Position numbers and translations under genes: made by a program. The notes under the pieces are model-generated. The model made no database searches, was not told the DNA's origin, and was given only the letters and a program-made list of their open reading frames with translations. A DNA stretch of 49,438 nt from a candidate division Zixibacteria bacterium SM23_73_3 (GTDB lineage Bacteria; Zixibacteria; MSB-5A5; SM1-73), in the NCBI GenBank assembly GCA_001304155.1, contig LJUX01000018.1:1-49438 (forward strand), read 5' to 3'. Positions 46,968 through 49,438 of this stretch are shown piece by piece. The first letter of the stretch is position 1; every line of letters starts with the position of its first letter.

Positions 46968-47804
46968 ATGAAAATACACGTGGTTAAAGAGGCGGGTTTC
47001 TGCTTCGGAGTGAAAAGAGCCATACGGCTTGCCTCTAATGCGGCAAGGAGTAAAGCAGGAAAAGCATACACTCTGGGGCCGTTGATTCACAATCCGCAAG
47101 TTGTGGAGGACTTAGAGAAAAAGGGAGTGCACGCGGTAAAAGAGATACGAAAGAACCGAAAGGGGACACTGATAATACGTTCGCACGGCGTTCACCCTCA
47201 CATACTCAAACGGATAAGGACTAAAGGAATCAAGGTGGTGGATGCCACCTGTCCCTTTGTGAAAAAGGCTCAGAGAATGGCAAAGCTTCTTCATGATCAG
47301 GGATATCAGGTGGCGGTAGTGGGAGAGGCACACCACCCGGAGGTTCAGGGGATCGTGGGATACGCCGGCGACTCGGCGATGGTGATAAACCACAATCGAA
47401 TGAAAAGGAGCTTCCCCCGTTTCTGGAAACTGGGTGTGATCGCTCAGACGACCCTGAGCATTGACGCGTTCAAACAGATAATAGGAAGGCTCATTGAACG
47501 CACGGAGGAGTTGAAGGTGTGCAACACCATCTGTGATGCCACTGCCCGCACTCAGAAGGCTACCTTAAAGCTAGCAGGGAAGGTGGACATGATGATTGTG
47601 GTGGGGGGGCATAACTCCGCCAACACAACTCGCTTGACCAAGTTGTGCAAGCGTCTGGGCACTTCCACTCACCACGTGGAGACCGCCGGGGAACTGCGAA
47701 AGGTGTGGTTTGAAGGCAAAAAATCCGTGGGCGTCACCTCCGGCACCTCTACCCCGGAGTGGTTGATAAAACAGGTGGTGGAGCGTATAAGGAGTTTCAA
47801 TTAA
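46968..47804 (+). CDS. ispH: 4-hydroxy-3-methylbut-2-enyl diphosphate reductase
   Basis: GFCFGV.RA, DATCPFV, HPEV, NTICDAT, SANT. Confidence 0.97.
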   Translation: MKIHVVKEAGFCFGVKRAIRLASNAARSKAGKAYTLGPLIHNPQVVEDLEKKGVHAVKEIRKNRKGTLIIRSHGVHPHILKRIRTKGIKVVDATCPFVKKAQRMAKLLHDQGYQVAVVGEAHHPEVQGIVGYAGDSAMVINHNRMKRSFPRFWKLGVIAQTTLSIDAFKQIIGRLIERTEELKVCNTICDATARTQKATLKLAGKVDMMIVVGGHNSANTTRLTKLCKRLGTSTHHVETAGELRKVWFEGKKSVGVTSGTSTPEWLIKQVVERIRSFN

Positions 47805-47864
47805 CACCTAAGCAAGAAAAAAATCCCCTTCAGGGGAAATTCAATATAAAGGAGGATCAATTTA

Positions 47865-49438
47865 ATGGTTGAGGAGAAAAAATCAAAAGACGCTTCTGCT
47901 TCCCCCGCAAAGGGGAGCAAGGCGGGCAAAACTTACCAAAAAGGAGGTGAGAAGAAAACTCAGGAGCAAAGAAGAAAGCCCGTTGCCAGAAAAAGAAAAC
48001 CGATAAAGAAGAAATCCACTACCAACAAGGAGAGTGCTGTTGCTCGAAAAAAGGCGACTGCGGCGAAAACAGAGGAGGTTAAGAAACCACAGAAGCCAAC
48101 TCCAAAGGTGGCTGAAGAAAAGCCGTCTTTAATCTCTATGTGGGCTTTGGCGCAAGCCATGGAAAAGGAATATTCCACTGAAGAATTTGAGCAATTTTTG
48201 GAAATGTATGAACCCACACTTAGCGACATCGAGGAGGGAGAGATCGTTGAAGGAAAGGTGATGGGGGTGACCAAAGAGGATGTGATCGTCGATGTGGGGT
48301 TCAAGTCTGAGGGAATCATCCCTATCGCCGAATTCCCGGAGCCTATAAATGTCAAGGTGGGGGATGAAATCGAGGTATACCTGGATGCTATTGAGGATCA
48401 GGATGGTCAACTGGTTTTGTCCAAACATAAAGCTGACTTCATGCGAGTGTGGGATAGAGTTAAAGAGGCGCATGATAAGAAAGAATTAATAGACGGGAAA
48501 ATCATAAGAAGGATCAAAGGCGGAATGGTGGTGGATCTGATGGGGGTAGATGCTTTTCTCCCCGGATCGCAGATAGCCCTCCGACAGGTTCCAGACTTTG
48601 ACGCCCTTTTAGGACAGACCATGCAGTTTAAGGTGATAAAGCTCAACAAAGCCCGCCGAAATATTGTGGTCTCACGAAGATCAGTCTTGGAAGAGGAGAG
48701 ACAAAAACAGAAAGAAAAGCTCCTGAAGGAAATTGAGAAGGGGCAAGTGAGAGAAGGAATGGTAAAAAACATCACCGATTTTGGAGTATTCATCGATCTG
48801 GGTGGGGTGGATGGGCTACTTCATATCACTGATATGTCCTGGGGCAGAATAAGTCACCCCAGCGAACTGGTGGCTTTAGGAGACAAGATCAATGTAAAAA
48901 TCATTGACTTTGACACAAACTCCGGGAGAATCTCGCTGGGACTGAAACAACTGACCCCATATCCATGGGAGAATATCGAGGAGAGGTTTCCGGTGGGGAA
49001 GAAGATCAAAGGGAAGGTGGTGTCCATCACCGACTATGGGGCATTCGTGGAGCTGGAGAAGGGTGTGGAGGGCTTAATTCACATCTCGGAGATGTCCTGG
49101 ACTCAGCATATAAAACATCCCTCCAAACTGATGGCGATTGGGGACATGGTGGAGGCAAAGGTGTTATCCGTGGATAAGGAGAATGAAAAAATCTCCTTAG
49201 GGATTAAACAACTGGAACCGGACCCCTGGGAAAACATTGAGAAGAAATACAAGGTTGGCACCCGGGTAACCGGAAGGGTGAGGAATCTTACTGCCTTCGG
49301 CGTATTCATCGAACTGGAGGAGGGGATTGATGGACTGGTTCATATCTCTGATTTGTCCTGGTCTAAAAGGATTCAGCATCCTTCGGAGGTAATGAAAAAG
49401 GGGGAAAAGGTGGAGGTGGTCGTGTTGAATGTGGATCG
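47865..49438 (+). CDS. rpsA: 30S ribosomal protein S1 (runs off window end) with Lys-rich N-terminal extension
   Basis: Not in the ORF track because it lacks a stop. Translated by hand from ATG 47865 (SD AAAGGAGG): VDVGFKSEG, AFLPGSQ, NITDFGVFIDLGGVDGLLHITDMSW, repeated S1 domains; follows cmk-plsC-ispH. Confidence 0.96.
   Translation, partial: MVEEKKSKDASASPAKGSKAGKTYQKGGEKKTQEQRRKPVARKRKPIKKKSTTNKESAVARKKATAAKTEEVKKPQKPTPKVAEEKPSLISMWALAQAMEKEYSTEEFEQFLEMYEPTLSDIEEGEIVEGKVMGVTKEDVIVDVGFKSEGIIPIAEFPEPINVKVGDEIEVYLDAIEDQDGQLVLSKHKADFMRVWDRVKEAHDKKELIDGKIIRRIKGGMVVDLMGVDAFLPGSQIALRQVPDFDALLGQTMQFKVIKLNKARRNIVVSRRSVLEEERQKQKEKLLKEIEKGQVREGMVKNITDFGVFIDLGGVDGLLHITDMSWGRISHPSELVALGDKINVKIIDFDTNSGRISLGLKQLTPYPWENIEERFPVGKKIKGKVVSITDYGAFVELEKGVEGLIHISEMSWTQHIKHPSKLMAIGDMVEAKVLSVDKENEKISLGIKQLEPDPWENIEKKYKVGTRVTGRVRNLTAFGVFIELEEGIDGLVHISDLSWSKRIQHPSEVMKKGEKVEVVVLNVD

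Noticed and set aside
46968-47865. IspH-S1 fusion as in some Firmicutes
   Set aside because: ispH has its own stop at 47804 and rpsA has its own SD and ATG
47960-49379. Minus-strand ORFs at the right end
   Set aside because: Antisense shadows of rpsA; the other short ORFs opposite uvrA, purF and similar genes were rejected for the same reason

Overview
Bacterial chromosomal window, probably from candidate phylum Zixibacteria or a related FCB lineage (inferred from the style of the C-terminal dockerin and gene content; not provable here). Left part: an ECF sigma / zinc anti-sigma / VIT-vWA module, holA, a degenerate RNase H-fold gene, a TPR protein, an orphan PqqD-like/M50-peptidase/HlyD fusion, and a divergent 1442-aa Cys-rich dockerin exoprotein, followed by hflX, uvrA and gcvT. 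The centre (22.0-43.8 kb, all minus strand) is the main finding, a type IV pilin locus. Two tandem pilins sit between two DUF2723 (TMEM260-like, GT-C fold) transferases. They are accompanied by a polyprenol-phosphate GT2, a GT4, an amino-dideoxysugar pathway, tailoring enzymes, two candidate flippases, a GT87 and prepilin peptidase, with a split PilR/PilS-like pair bracketing the core. This looks like a pilin O-glycosylation system built on relatives of a eukaryotic O-mannosyltransferase family (inference). Right part: purF, cmk, plsC, ispH and a truncated rpsA with a long Lys-rich N-terminal extension. Sigma54, ECF and sigma28-like promoters can be read directly. Intergenic DNA is full of nested palindromic elements, including 15-16 nt hairpins inserted with AT duplications at the same site of a REP-like repeat. 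No rRNA, tRNA, CRISPR array or transposase was recognised.
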